From Octopus vulgaris (Eukaryota): DNA of 64,000 bases. The stretch lies in the NCBI GenBank assembly GCA_951406725.2, contig OX597816.1, positions 48,546,001-48,610,000 of the forward strand, given 5' to 3'. Positions 12,718 to 27,598 of this stretch are shown here, piece after piece. The stretch's first letter is position 1, and every line of letters begins with the position of its first letter. The notes beneath the pieces are model-generated. The model was not told the DNA's origin. It worked only from the letters and a program-made list of their open reading frames with translations, and ran no database searches. A program made the position numbers and the translations under genes.

Positions 12718-13068
12718 TATATTTATATATGGTGATTATTTGGAATTGCATCTTCACAAATTTGGTTGATTGTTAAAATGCAGCTTTTAGTAAGTTTTTA
12801 TTTTTGTCTATCTGTTTTTGGTACTCAATTACTTGTATACTTGAGTATGTCGTCATTGTTTGCTTATATATTTATGTATGCTTGTAATATGAATCAAATT
12901 AAGTACAAGAATAGCAGGATCTGTTTTGTATAATGAAATATAGTTTTTGCTAGTAAATAAATTAAAAAAAAACAAAATAATAATTGGAAAATATATTATA
13001 TGCTATTGAATGAAAGATAACTTTTTTAACAAATGAAACAGAATTACTATTATTTTCTTCAACTTATA

Positions 13069-13124
<56 letters not shown>

Positions 13125-14225
13125 TAATATGCAGGGAGTGTAAAATTGTATCTTTTTACTGTTTATATTTCTCTGGCTTATTCTGACTAAGAATGCTTGA
13201 GAAAATTTAGACTACTTATGAAAAATAATATCTAAAAGTTTACCAATATTTGTAATTCTCTAAAAACAAATGCAATTTGTCAATTTGCAACTGTATCCTT
13301 TTCTTTGTTTCATTTAAATATTTTTCTTTGTCTATTTATTAAGTAAAGTTAAAAGAATTTATGAAGCAAATTTCTCTTTTAGTATTTTATTTGATAGATA
13401 CAAGCCATAGACGGGCTCTGTTTATCACTGGCAAAAATAGTGTTTTCCTTGTATAATTCTCACATGTTACAAATCCCATTTGTGGTTTCGTCTCATTCTG
13501 CTTCATGAACTTGATGCAACTCACTGGAAACCAGTAACTGGATCTGCTTTCTGAAATAAACTATTAAAAAGATCTATGTTGTAAGTTCATTCTAACTGGT
13601 TTATAAGCTCCTAGACAACTTGCACTGTCCATAACCAATGTTTCTTTCTCCAAATGTTTTGTTTTTAAATATTTGTTCACTTTCCAGAGGATCCCTACAG
13701 CAAACCAGGCTTCTAATACCATCAGTCATCAGTTGGGTCTTATAAAATAGACATTTAATGAGACAATGTTATTTTTGACTTAAAGTGACTTTTTCCTTTG
13801 ACAATATATTGTTTTATATTATATCATGGATGAAACATCTTAACTATTTCAGAACACACAACAACTGTTATATTCATCTTTTATTTATTTCTTGGGGCAT
13901 CAACATTTTCATCACATGTCTGTGACCTGGTCACTGACATAATTTCACTGAACTTATTGAAAATTGGTTACTTCTTGGTGAGATTTTATAGACCCCTGTG
14001 GATTTTATTTACATTTTGGTTGATGGGGAGATGAAGAACTTATGTGTAGTCTACTGCAGAATTGCTGTTTGATATTTTGATATTGGTGACTGTTACTCAT
14101 TTTAGGTTCAAATCCTCTGTTTTCCTTCTTAATCTATATTATATATTTATTTTTTATAGTTCATTACTACTATTCTTACATTTCTTTTCTCGTAGGGTCA
14201 GTTCCAAACACACAGAGATTACTTC

Positions 14226-14336
14226 CATTATCTATCTCTCCCCACTCTCTCATTCACACTCTCTCCTGATACATATGTATATATGCATGTATATTTATAT
14301 GGCATATGTGTGTGTATGTGTAAATATGTGTGTGTG

Positions 14337-14380
<44 letters not shown>

Positions 14381-14515
14381 TACATATATATACACATATA
14401 CATTATCTATCTCTCCCCACTCTCTCATTCACACTCTCTCCTGATACATATGTATATATGCATGTATATTTATATGGCATATGTGTGTGTATGTGTAAAT
14501 ATGTGTGTGTGTATG

Positions 14516-14563
<48 letters not shown>

Positions 14564-14600
14564 TATATATATACACATATATACATATATATACACATAT
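14226..14600 (+). repeat. 175-bp tandem duplication including microsatellite
   Basis: cattatctatctctccccc(c)actctctcattcacactctctcctgatac... at 14226 and 14401. Confidence 0.85.
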
Positions 14601-15620
14601 ACATATATATACACATATACATATATATACACATATATACATATATATACACATATACATATATATACACACACACACACACATATATACATATTATTAT
14701 TATATATATATATATGTATATATGTATGTATATGTGTGTTTGTGTGTGTGTGTCTATAATGTTTTAAATGTCTACTTGCAATACAGATCTATTTTCCCTT
14801 GAGAGTCACAGGCATTACAAAAGAGATATCCTGTCTTGATAACATTGGCACAATTAGAGATTTGAATTTGAGATTAAAGAATTAAAACAAAAAGATGCAT
14901 AGAAATCACATATTTAACTTCTTCATTTTTGCTAGTGTATTGCAAACTTAAGATCTCTTGTCAGTGGTTATCATGTATAGCATTATCTCATTCTTTTCAG
15001 AAATTGTCAGAAGCTTTTGCTAAATTGATGAATTTAACGTATTGTTTCAAAAAAGAAATATGAACAGGCATGTCTGTGTGGTAAAAGTTTGCTTCCCACT
15101 GCATGGCACCTTGGGCAAGTGTCTTCTACTATACCCTTGGTCTGACCAATGCCTTTTGTGTAGATTTGGTCGATGGAAACTGAAAGAAACCCATTACACA
15201 CACACACACACACTCACACTCACACACACACACACACACACATATGTACAGGGTGTGTTGGGTAAATTGTCACCATTTTATATTTTTAATTTCGTGCCTT
15301 GTTTGTTTTCGATTTTTATCAACTACACAGTATAGTAGGGTCAGTTGGACACCACCTTTGACAAATAGCCTATACAACATGTTTATCATCTTACTTCTAT
15401 GGGGTAAAACAGTTTTTCCATAACTTAGCAGTTTGCTGAAAGAGACTAATAGAATAGGTACTTAGTTTTTTTTTTAAACAAAGTACTGGGGTGATCTGTT
15501 TTGACTAAGAACCCTCTGATCTAGTGTTCCAGCATGGCTGCAGTCCAATGCCTGAAGCAATTGAAAGATTTCTAAAAAAATATTCTTAAAACTTGGTCTT
15601 GGAGTCACCCAAATATTTAA

Positions 15621-15825
15621 CCCTCTAGCATTCATATTACTCTTATTCATTAACATTGTTTTGAATTAATCATGTATTATCCTGTAGCTTCAAGTGTTTG
15701 ATAATGTGGTAGTTTAGTTTTAGAATGACAATGTAGGGTGGGTGTAAGGGGTCAAATATGGCCAGTTTGAACACAAAGCAGGTGTAATATTTTGACCTGA
15801 TGTAGTCCATTTAAATGCTAAAAGG
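15621..15825 (-). mobile_element. piggyBac-like MITE, same family, reverse orientation
   Basis: ttaa|ccctctagcatt ... aatgctaaaagg|ttaa, with TTAA on both sides. Confidence 0.7.
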
Positions 15826-15877
15826 TTAAAAAGCTGCACTGTGTGTAACTCAAGCTTGTGAATAATACTAATATTGC

Positions 15878-16281
15878 TCTTTTACTCTTTACTCTTTAAC
15901 TTGTTTCAGTCATTTGACTGTGGCCATGCTGGAGCACTGCCTTTAGTCGAGCAAATCGACCCCAGGACTTATTCTTTGTAAGCCTAGTACTTATTCTATT
16001 GGTCTCTTTTGCCAAACCGCTAAGTTATGGGGACGTAAACACACCAGCATCGGTTGTCAAGCGATGTTAGGGGGACAGACACATAAACATACACACACAC
16101 AAACATGTATATGTATACATATATACGATGGGCTTCTTTCAGTTTCCATCTACGAAATCCACTCACAAGGCTTTGGTCGGCCCGAGGCTATAGTAGAAGA
16201 CACTTTCCCAAGGTGCCACGCAGTGGGACTGAACCTGGAATCATGTAGTTCATAAGCAAGCTACTTACCACACAGCCACTC
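15878..16281 (-). mobile_element. SINE family A
   Basis: Reverse complement of 11158-11573. Confidence 0.85.
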
Positions 16282-16955
16282 ATTTTTCTTTTTAACTATT
16301 ATTAAAAGAGATTTCAAATTACTGAAGAACATGTAAGAATGTGACACTGACACTGACATGACGATTATGGATTTTTATTTACAGTTATAAAATGTATGCC
16401 ACATACTAGTTGGTCTGCTAGTTTGGTAACAGACTGTAACTTTAAACAAGGTTAAATAATTTTAACATGTAAAAATGACTGACATGCTGAAAGATTTGAA
16501 AGCAGTGCCAAAAGCAAAGAAATAGAAAAAGGAACAAATCAGTGGTGTCTTCATTTATTCTGTGACTTTGTTCTGCCTTTGTTCTGTGTATGTATGTGCC
16601 AGAAGTAATCAACTTTGTTTCGGTTAGCATGTCTGCGAAGAGGAAAATGAAGCGACAGTTGACATTGACAATCAAGCAGATAGCGAGATTCTACAGAATT
16701 TGGATCATGATGAAAAGACATGAAAACCTGTACAAGAATACAAAACGTTTTATTGACTGAATGACACAAAATCTCTGTTAGTCTTGTGTGTGTACTTGTG
16801 TGTGTTTGCGTGCATGTGTGCGTTAGATAATTGTTTCAGTCTGGCTTCCTTTGTTTATGATCAGATCAGGTATCCAAAACAATCAGATATTTCAACAAAA
16901 TACTCCCCACTTGCCTCGTTTGGATAATTGAGGTCTATCTGTAGTTTTATTTATA

Positions 16956-16960
<5 letters not shown>

Positions 16961-17018
<58 letters not shown>

Positions 17019-17271
17019 GTGTATATATGTATGTGTGTGTGTGTGTGTGTGTATATATGTATGTGTGTGTGTGTGTATATATGTATGTGTGTGTGTGTGT
17101 ATATATGTATGTGTGTGTGTATATATGTATGTGTGTGTGTATATATGTATGTGTGTGTGTATATATGTATGTGTGTGTGTGTGTATATATGTATGTGTGT
17201 GTGTGTGTGTGTATATATGTATGTGTGTGTGTGTGTGTGTATATATGTATGTGTGTGTGTGTATATATGTA

Positions 17272-17322
<51 letters not shown>
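16961..17322. repeat. Compound minisatellite (TATATATGTA(TG)n)n flanked by (TA)n
   Basis: Directly visible, with about 13 units. Confidence 0.9.
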
Positions 17323-17326
<4 letters not shown>

Positions 17327-17501
17327 GTTACTTTATTTGTTGGTATTATAGCATAATCAAAGATTCCAGTGATTTGCTGTGCTTATTCCTCTTCTTTGTC
17401 TGAAGAGCTTTTGAAATTATTTAATGCCTATGTGCATATGAACACACAATCACACTCATGTGTACATGCATGTGTACACACACACACACACACTCACAAA
17501 C

Positions 17502-17547
<46 letters not shown>

Positions 17548-17959
17548 GTGGTTTCTACTTTAGGCTCATGACCAGAAATTTTAGGGAGGAGGTAGGTTGA
17601 TTACATTGACACCAGTACTTAACTGGTACATATTTTGTCAACCCCAAAAGGATAAGAAGGAAAGTCAACCTTGGCAGAATTTGAACTGGGAATTTTGGGG
17701 AAGTAAGTAGTTGGTTACGTCAATCCTAGTAATTAACAGGTACTTATTTTATCGCCTCTCCAACACCACCCCATAAGGATGTAAGGCAAAGACCCATGAC
17801 AGAATTTGAACTCAGAACCTAGAGAGCCATAAGAAATGTCACTAAGCATTTAGTTTTCCATGCTAATGTTTCTACCGCTGCTGATGCTGCTACTACTGCT
17901 TTCTACTGTATGCACAATGCCTGAAATTTGACAGGAAAGAAAATACTTGTCAACTAATA

Positions 17960-18400
17960 GATGTAAGTGTTTCCACTGATAAAAATATATCTGTAAAGTA
18001 ATTTGACAAATTAAGTAAATATAAGATCCTGGAAATTGAAATACAAAAGATGTGGTATCTTAAAGCAAGAACTAACTCTGTTATTGTTGGTGCCCTAGGT
18101 ATGATAAAAAAGAGATGTCAGAAAGATCTAGATAACATCCCAGGAGAACCATGTCTCAGAGAAATCCAAAAGATTGTGCTGATAAGTTCTGCCCACATCC
18201 TTAGAAAGAGCCCTATCAATTTAAATGTTGGTGTTGTATTACATGGAGATATTTTGCTACTGCCCCTGCCACTTCCCCACCCCAAGCTTTCAGTCATACA
18301 GTAACGGCCCTTATCTTTCACTCACCCTAGGACGCTGGGTGTGTCTCAATGTCCTAGGGTGAGTGAGATTGTAACAAACATGCAGATTAAAAGTAAATAA
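17960..18400 (+). mobile_element. R4/Dong-like 3' fragment
   Basis: KLSKYKILEIEIQKMWYLKARTNSVIVGALGMIK..EIQKIVLISSAHILRK, followed by (TAA)n. Confidence 0.75.
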
Positions 18401-19129
18401 CAATATTAATACTAACAATAATAATAATAATATTAATAATAATAATCTTTTAAGAAATAAAACTCTACTACATAAATTGAGTTTTTTTCTCTTGCTTGTA
18501 GACCAAATGCACATGCACATACACTCACACATACACCTGCATAACATCTTTAAAATTAGTGATGCTCTTTATTTATTATTTCACCTGTAATAACAATTTA
18601 CATCACTATAAAATTATGACATACACATCATGTCATTTGAAACTGTGTGTTATTCACTTCCTCTTATCTTGCTGTTAACTAGACCTTAAATTCTTCCCCC
18701 CTTGATATCTCTTCCTCTTGCTTCACTCTTTGCTTTATTTGTTGATTTCAACAAACTTCAGTGACTTATTTGAATAACCTAAAAATATTTGTTGCTTAGC
18801 TGTAACTGAACATCCCAGTAGACACAGTATTATTTGCAATCATTAACACCACTGTTGTTTTTTTTTCTCTTCTAATCTATTATCCTATATAATAGAGAAA
18901 GTATAAATAATTGACTCTGTTTGTCAGTGTTTAAAGATTTGTTAGTCTTGTAGATTACAAAGTAAGCTCAATAGTGCTAATTCACCCACTCATCCAGTAT
19001 ACTCTGTAAAATAGTTGGTGCTAGTGAAGTTATCACCACCACCATCACCACCTCCACTACCACCATCATCATAATTTTAATGTCCCCTTTTCTATGCTGG
19101 CATGGGTTGGACTGCCCAGCCACAGCGAC

Positions 19130-19545
19130 CCTTACTCTTACTCTTTTACTTGTTTCAGTCATTAGACTGGCCATGCTGGAGCACTGCCTTTAGTTGAGCA
19201 AATCGACCCCAGGACTTATTTTTTGTAAGCCTAGTACTTATTCTATCAGTCTCTTTTGCTGAACCACTAAGTAATGGGGACGTAAACACACTAGCATTGG
19301 TTATCAAGCATTGTTGGGGGACAAACACAGACACACAAACATATACGCACACACATACATATACATATATATACATATATATGACGGGTTTCTTTCAGTT
19401 TCTGTCTACCAAATCCACTCACAAAGCTTTGGTCGGCCATAGGTTATAGTAGAAGACACTTGCCCAAGGTGCTATGCAGTGGGACTGAACCCAGAACCAT
19501 TTAGTTTGTAAGCAAGCTACTTAGCACACAGCCGCTCCTACGCCT
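19130..19545 (-). mobile_element. SINE family A
   Basis: Reverse complement of 11158-11573. Confidence 0.85.
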
Positions 19546-19770
19546 ATACCAAAACTGGAATGTTTTTAACAACACATGGTCTTTGTTTGGAAAGTCAGTA
19601 ACACCAAATAAGAACTTATTTTTACTGCTATTCGCTGGTGCCTCTAGGAAAAATAAGTTGATGAAAATACAGCTAGGGTTATGACGAATGTCTTCCTAAA
19701 ATTGGAGCGACATGGGTGCTAATTTGTGGACGTGCTTAAATTACATTCACGCACACACACACACATCCTG

Positions 19771-19813
<43 letters not shown>

Positions 19814-22601
19814 CAATGTTGATGATGATGAGCCTTAGTTTATCCTTCTGTAGGATAAAATATAACATCTACTTGACCTCAGAATGACAGAAAATACTAA
19901 ATATGCCAAGTAATTTACTGTAATGCTTTTCTGTGTCTGCTAACCCACTTCCTCCAATAATACTGTATTTTCCACCATACAAATTGATGTAGTCTAATTA
20001 TATAAACATGCACTGTAAACATTCATGGATCATCACTATCGTTCCAAATCCTACTGCATTTCACGTGAAGTGTTTTTGGTCTTTCAAAGTCATCTTGATG
20101 TATTAGACAGCCAATAATTTCTTTTGGCTATAAATTTTGGTTTGAAACATTCGACTTGTATTCCACAAAATTCAGTAAGTCTTTGAAATGATTTTTTTTA
20201 TCTAGGTATGAAGTCTGGGATTTGTAAAGAATGGAAATTGGAAACGCTTCTGTAAAATTAGCAATTACTGTCTATAGCTCTCCCTAATTCCTCTCAATGA
20301 TTAAACAACTGTAAAATGAAAATGGTACCAACTAGTAATCAAATCAAATTCCTGAAGGTGGTGTTTGGCCAAAAAAAATTTATCACAACTTCATTCTACC
20401 AACCGAATTATTTATATTACTTTCAGTTTCAAATTTGGCACAAGGCCATTAGGTGTTTAGGGAGTGGGGCATGATTGAAGGAACTGAGTCCAGTACATTC
20501 TATGTAATTTATTGATTTTGGAGAAATGACTTGTAAAGTCATCTCAGTAAGATTTGAATGCAGAATACAAAAGGGATGTAACTATATACCTCAAAAATGT
20601 TTGGTTTGGCAATCTTCCGTTTATTTTACCTTATTTCATTTCCCTTTAAAAGTTCAACAAGTTCATGCCTCTCTTGCTTTCAAGGCAAATATTTGACCAG
20701 TGCTATATCACAGAATTTGTGTTAAAACTATCAACAGCTATTTTTTCTTTTTTTCTTAGTTTCAGAGGGAAAGCAACATGGAATTTTAAGGCATTCATGA
20801 CTTATTTTTCTTAGAAAGCATTAGCAAAATATTAGTAACATTTTTATTCCTTGTTCAGTAAAGTTTACTGTGCTGGTTCCTCTGCATGATAGCCTGACAT
20901 GGTAGAAACAGCAGCTAAAACTGTCTGAAAATAAAAAAATAACACATTGGATTAAAAAAATGAGTTGATCATAGCTGGAATGACCTTGGTCATTGTTGAT
21001 TTGGAACACGATAATAATACTACCCACAGGTTGTTTATCAAGGTTCCAATCATTTTCTTTTCTGTAGATATTCCATATCCAAAGGACATCATTAACAAGA
21101 GTAGACATTTACTGAGAAGACAGGATACATTCTTCATCAGGTCTTTCTTTGAAAATAGATATGTTGCCATTACAGCTTATACTACTTGTTTGATCACTAC
21201 AGTAGTACAGTGACAGGTCTGCAACAAATTATTAACATAAGTAATTCCTCCAATTAATAAATCAGTATCATTAATTGATAAATTCCAAGATTACTATTAC
21301 ACACACACACTTATCTTTACTTACTAGCCTATTTAATCATTCAGTTAAATTACACAGACCTCCATGTAGTTTTGTTCTATTCTTCCTGATAATTCTTATC
21401 TATTATAACTCCAATACCAGTACCAAAATCGCAAATGGCCTGTTCATGTGTCACACTGGCTCCATTTCTTAGTTTCTTCTCTGGAGAGACAAATCTACTT
21501 ACTGGGATATTAAAAAAAAAAAGGAAAATTTTTTTGAAAGATTATGCATAATATTCCCCACATGAATCCAAAACTTTATTCCGTGTTGTTTCTTTTACTG
21601 TTATTGTAGATTCTCACCTCATATGTACCGAAATCCTCAAATGATTTGTCTTCTTTCTAACTTTGTCATCTTCATCAATCACATCCTACACATTCCTCTA
21701 ACTGCAACATTTTTTTTCATCCTTCCTAGTTCTTGTAATTCCACACTCTATCCAGCTGCTATCAGCTGCTCTCATTTGATATTCCCTTTTTCTATTAATG
21801 GTGACTATTGCCATATTCTCTAAACATAAGATTCACATGGCTGTTGGACCTGTCAAAGATACTTGATAAGTCTCCTTCAAATAACACTCTGCAGACTTGT
21901 AAAACTAACTAATTGTAGTTGTAAAGTGAGAGTGCAATGGCCTAGTGCTAGGGTGTTGCACGCACAATCATTAGACTATGGTTTCAATTCCTGGACTGGG
22001 TGGTGCGATTTGTTCTTGTGCAAAACACTTCATCTGGTGTTGCTCTGTGATCACTTCAACACTTGATGCATTGTACACAGTGCACCTGTTCAGGCAACAT
22101 CAGTTTGATCTATCTCAGACTATGAAAGACTACCATCATCATAGTTACAGTATTAGTAGATGATTTTTGGAAAAGAACGGATCAGTGACTGCTGGAATGC
22201 CTTTGATCATAGGTATTCCCCATCAAAGCTGACTTGGAGTTAAACAACAATAGCAAAGATGCATTTACGTAATCATCGTTGTCATTTTAATACCCTCTCA
22301 TCCATGCTTACCTGGGTCAGGTAAAATTCTCTGAGGTTGATTTTCTGTTGTCAGCTACTCCTTCTGTCTCCATCCCTCACCTTGATTTCAAGCAAGGTAA
22401 TATTTTTTCTAGTCCTTTTAACAATGGCCAGTACAATGGCTGGACATAATTTCATGCAAGATTACAAATGAATGACGCTAATTTTATGAGAGTGAGGTTC
22501 ATCTACAATTAGCACACAATGTCATAGCAAGGAGAGACACACATCCATTCACATATTCACATCTCTGCATCCACATATGCATATGTATGCATATATACAC
22601 A

Positions 22602-22832
22602 TTTCTTTACTACCCACAAGGGGCTAAACACAGAGAGGACAAACAAGGACAAACAAATGGATTAAGTCAATTATATCGACCTCAGTGCATTACTGGTACT
22701 TATTTAATCGACCTCGAAAAGATGAAAGGCAAAGTCGACCTTGGTGGAATTTGAACTCAGAACGTAGCGGCAGACGAAATACCGCAAAGCATTTCGCCCA
22801 GCGTGCTAACGTTTTTGCCAGCTCATTGCCTT
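22602..22832 (-). mobile_element. SINE family B, full length
   Basis: Reverse complement of the copies at 1889 and 31563. Confidence 0.85.
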
Positions 22833-22974
22833 CGCATATATACATGAATGCTTGCACACTCACACACACACAGATATATACATACATATCATTAACTTGC
22901 GGTTTTGCATAAGCTTGGCATTGTTTACAGGGTAGATTCTCCTTTCATTAACTACTTTACAGTGTGGGCTGTTA

Positions 22975-23555
22975 CCTGGGGGATCTAACCAGCTATGGAA
23001 GAATGTGTGTGTAGTACTGAAAGCACACAATAGGCCAGAATTAGAAAAGATGAAATAGTTTGGGCAGCTCTTGCTTCTGCTAACAAGAAAAATATCTACC
23101 CTTTGAGTGAATGGTAGATTGTAAGGCATATATGAGTACAAACTGCATCGTTTGCATGGTGGTGAGATATGGGCACTGAATATGGAGGATGTGCAAAGGT
23201 TGGAGGCAAACTGAGCAAGCATGATCTGCTGGATGTGTAATGTTACTGTGCATGAATGATGAAGCAGAAATTAGCTGAGAGAAATAGTGGGAAGAAGAAG
23301 AAAGTTGTACTGTGCCAGCACAATGGCTACAGTGCTTTGGACAGGGGATGCATATAGATGATGACAAGTGGTGAAGAATTTGCCAGGAGATTCACGTCAA
23401 AGGATGCCATGAACAGAAGTAGTGAAAGCTGATCTCAGGAAGCTAAAACTTACAAAAGAGGTAACAAAGAAATGCAGCAAGTGGTCGGATGCTGTTAGAG
23501 AGGACTCATGTAACCCATGCAAACATCGAAAATGGATGCAAAAATGATGATGAGG
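22975..23555 (+). mobile_element. Degenerate RTE LINE 3' fragment
   Basis: Nucleotide similarity to the 61930-62500 element (ttgcatggtggtgagatatgggca), ending in an atgatgatg tail. Confidence 0.65.
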
Positions 23556-24574
23556 TAGATATATATATGCTTATGACAAGCTTCTTTCAGTGTCCTAAAA
23601 TTCACTCACAAGGTTTTGATTAGTCTGGGACTATCAAAAGAAGACATTGCCGAAGGTGCTACAGAATGAAACTGAACTCAAAACCACTTGGTTGCAAAGC
23701 AAACTTCTTTACCACACAGCCATGCCTATGCCTAATAGATAACAACTTTTCTCTTTCATTTGAATGTTTAACGTAGTAGAAAATATCATTTCTGGATAAA
23801 ATGGAATTAAAATACCATATTCTATTAGATTAAAGGTAACATCTATATATACCTAACCAAATTGGTGACAATTCTAACACCATGTATAGTAATTGGATCA
23901 TGTTTGCATTGGAATTTAAGAATAGTAGTAACATTTCTTATAATCCATTCAGTAAATTCTCTACTATCATATAGCTTTCACTAAATTATCCTTGTAATTT
24001 TCAAAAAAAATATTTCTATAGAATTATCCTACCAGTTCTTACTGATATCTGCTATTATCTTCAGTTGTTCAAATAGACGCCAAAACTTCTAATCAGTGGC
24101 TAATTAGTTGATTCAAAATATAAATGTGTGAAATATCCAACATTTTTCCTTTCTTTCTTATACACATTCTACAAATAGTTAGCAACAGAATACTGTATCT
24201 AATGGCTTACTTACAGTTTAAAATTACTTTCCACTGTAATTTGTTTATTAACCTTATATTTGAAACCCAATTAGACGCTGATTGAAACTGACTGCCGAAG
24301 ATTAAATATCTATGTACAACTTTGTATTGCAAATATTCTTAAGTGAAATTTTAGTGCCATTCAATTAAGCCTTTTATGTTCTGAACAGCCACCAATATCT
24401 AAAATATTGTCAATAATAAAAAAGAAAACGTCTCTTGGAAATGGAAATGTTTTCATTTAAATCTGTCATTGTTTTATGTACTTATATTTGGCTCTCAAAG
24501 AATAATCTAATATTTACTCATAGATTTTTGGTTCCTTCCAATATTGAAGATCAGAAAGAATTATTTATATATAT

Positions 24575-24982
<408 letters not shown>

Positions 24983-26117
24983 CTGTAATATAATTAATAT
25001 ATGTGTGTGCACATACACACATTTACACATTTATAGTTATACTAGTAAGCACAAGTAAAGCTGTGAAATTAAGAATTGTTTATCAATCATGCACTGCACC
25101 TTGGGTCAGTGTCTTCTACTATGGCCCTGGTTCAATCAGACCCCCGTAGAAAGTGAAAACAAAGCCCATCATGTGTATATGTGTGTGTATGTGTGGGTGT
25201 GTGTGTGTGGTTTGTTTGCATTTGCACTTCTTTGAAATTTGTCCAAATTTAGGCTGGGAATTTGCTGTCATTTTCCCTTTTAGCTGGTCATCCTCTAGCT
25301 TTGCCCCTTCAAAGTTATTTGGAATATCATATCTGTTGCTTGATAAACAGGTAAGGATTAGTAACAAACAGTAAAGGCAGCTGACTGTAAAGCAGTATCT
25401 TAATTAATATACTTGTTGAACCCAAAGCCAACAAGCTGGCGAAATAATTATCACATTGAGCAAAAAACTTACTTGGTTTCATTTTGTCCATCTTTATGTT
25501 CTTGAGTTCAAATTCCATTGAGGTCCACTCTGCCTTTCATCCTTTTGGGGTCCATAACGTAAGTACCGGTTGCTGAGATTGTGCTAAAATTTGAAATCAA
25601 TAAAATTTGAAATCATGGCTGCAGTCAAATGACTGAAACAAGTAAAAGAATAAAACAGTACCTGTTGTCCCACACTAACATGAAGCAATAAAATGGAGAA
25701 AATTTGTATGTGCATGTGTGTGTATGTATGTATACATGTGTGTGTGTGTGTGAATGTAGGCATATCCATTTGATGAAGTACTGTTTGATCCTGTGGTATG
25801 ACTTCCTTGGTAAATGTCTTTCAGCCAAATTTATTTTTGGTGAAATTGAAAGAAAGAAGCTCTTTCTGAGGGAGTGAAACTTTTAATTCAAAGAGACAGC
25901 CTTTTAACACACTGTGTAACACCGAATTTGCATGAGTAATTATTTCATTAAAGCTATGAATGTCTGTAGGGTGTGTATGATGTTCAGAGTATTGGACACT
26001 TGGAATATTTATTGTCAAAAGTGACTGTGTATCAGTTTGCTTTATTATATGCGTATCTATCTGTTTTTCTGTGTATGTGTGTGAGAGAGAATTTATGTAT
26101 CTTTGTGTGTGTCTCAT

Positions 26118-26157
<40 letters not shown>

Positions 26158-26694
26158 GCATACATATATAAAAATGCACACACACACATATACTTATATT
26201 TGTATATATATATTGTATATATATATTTGTGTGTGTATGTATATATATATATATATATATGTATATTTGTGTGTATATATATATATATATACATATGGAT
26301 GTATGTATGTGTATATGTATATATACATATATAAACATACACATATAAAACATATATATATATATTTATACAAAAATTATCACATACACACATGCGCACA
26401 CACATAAATATATATATATATATATATATGAGACGTATGTGTCCACAGACTTCTGTGTATTTTCATACATGATAATTTATAGATTATCTTTAATGATTTC
26501 CATTTTTTTTTATTGCCTAATAAGTAATAAACAGGAAATATAGTCTTTGGTCATTGGTTCTATATTTTTTAAGAGATATTTCACAATTAACTCTAGTTTA
26601 TCAATTCTGAAAAAGCAGAAATCTTTCACATATAATTTTTACACTCTACTTTATGTCTTTCATAATAAAAAAAAAGAAATACGTATATATATAC

Positions 26695-26745
<51 letters not shown>

Positions 26746-26762
26746 TTGTGTGTATATATATG

Positions 26763-26795
<33 letters not shown>

Positions 26796-26818
26796 GTGTG
26801 TTTGTGTGTATATATATG

Positions 26819-26851
<33 letters not shown>

Positions 26852-27233
26852 GTGTGTTTGTGTGTATATATATGTATATATATACATATATATATATATA
26901 TGTATATGTGTGTGTATATATATATGTATATATATATATATATATGTATGTATAAATAGTTAATATATTTTTTCTATTTTCAGGTGTACCTCCCCCACCT
27001 AACTTTTTCTTAGAGCATCAATATATTTTGTAAAAGTTATTTTGTTTGAAATGTAATGTACGTTTTTTGCATGCATAATTTAGATTGGACAGTGCAAGCC
27101 TATCTCACCCCAACCCTACGTCCACTATATTTATTGCTTTTGCCAGTGTACAACCCCCTATGAATTGTATGAAATATATTCGCCATAAGTAGTATGATGG
27201 CTACTACAACTTTGGTTGCTTGCTTTGATGTAG

Positions 27234-27316
27234 GATTTGGGTTTTTGACATTCGAGAATGAAGACAGCGTTGACGAAGTTTGCCAGCAACATTTTGTGAC
27301 CATCAAGGGCAAGCAG
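27234..27316 (+). CDS. DAZAP1: Internal coding exon: second half of RRM2 (RNP1 to beta4) of a DAZAP1/Hrb27C (hrp48)-like RNA-binding protein; Musashi not excluded
   Basis: Acceptor tttgatgtag|GA (phase 1) and donor CAG|gttatt (phase 0). Translates (G)FGFLTFENEDSVDEVCQQHFVTIKGKQ, with RNP1 GFGFLTF. From recall, the 83-nt length and phases match the equivalent DAZAP1/Musashi exon, and the GKQ ending favours DAZAP1/Hrb27C. Confidence 0.82.
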
Positions 27317-27543
27317 GTTATTAAAAATGTCCATATTATTTCTAATATGTTGCTAATTATATGGTGTTTATATATATAATGCATGCATGTAATTATCTAT
27401 GTATGTGTAGGTAATTATATGCATATAATGTGTGTATGTATATGTAATCATATATATATAATTCATATATATATATATGTATATATATATATATGTATAT
27501 ATGTATGTATATATACACACACATATGTATATAAATTTATATA

Positions 27544-27598
<55 letters not shown>

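Noticed and set aside
17400-17420. CTGAAGA...GAAA hammerhead-like words (also CTGATGA at 772 and 3520)
   Set aside because: No compatible stems I-III could be drawn.
20820-21225. Minus-strand exon candidates after ttgcag and ttttcag acceptors
   Set aside because: There is an in-frame stop and no recognisable domain. The FGYG and TKVIP words suggest a heavily decayed RTE endonuclease.
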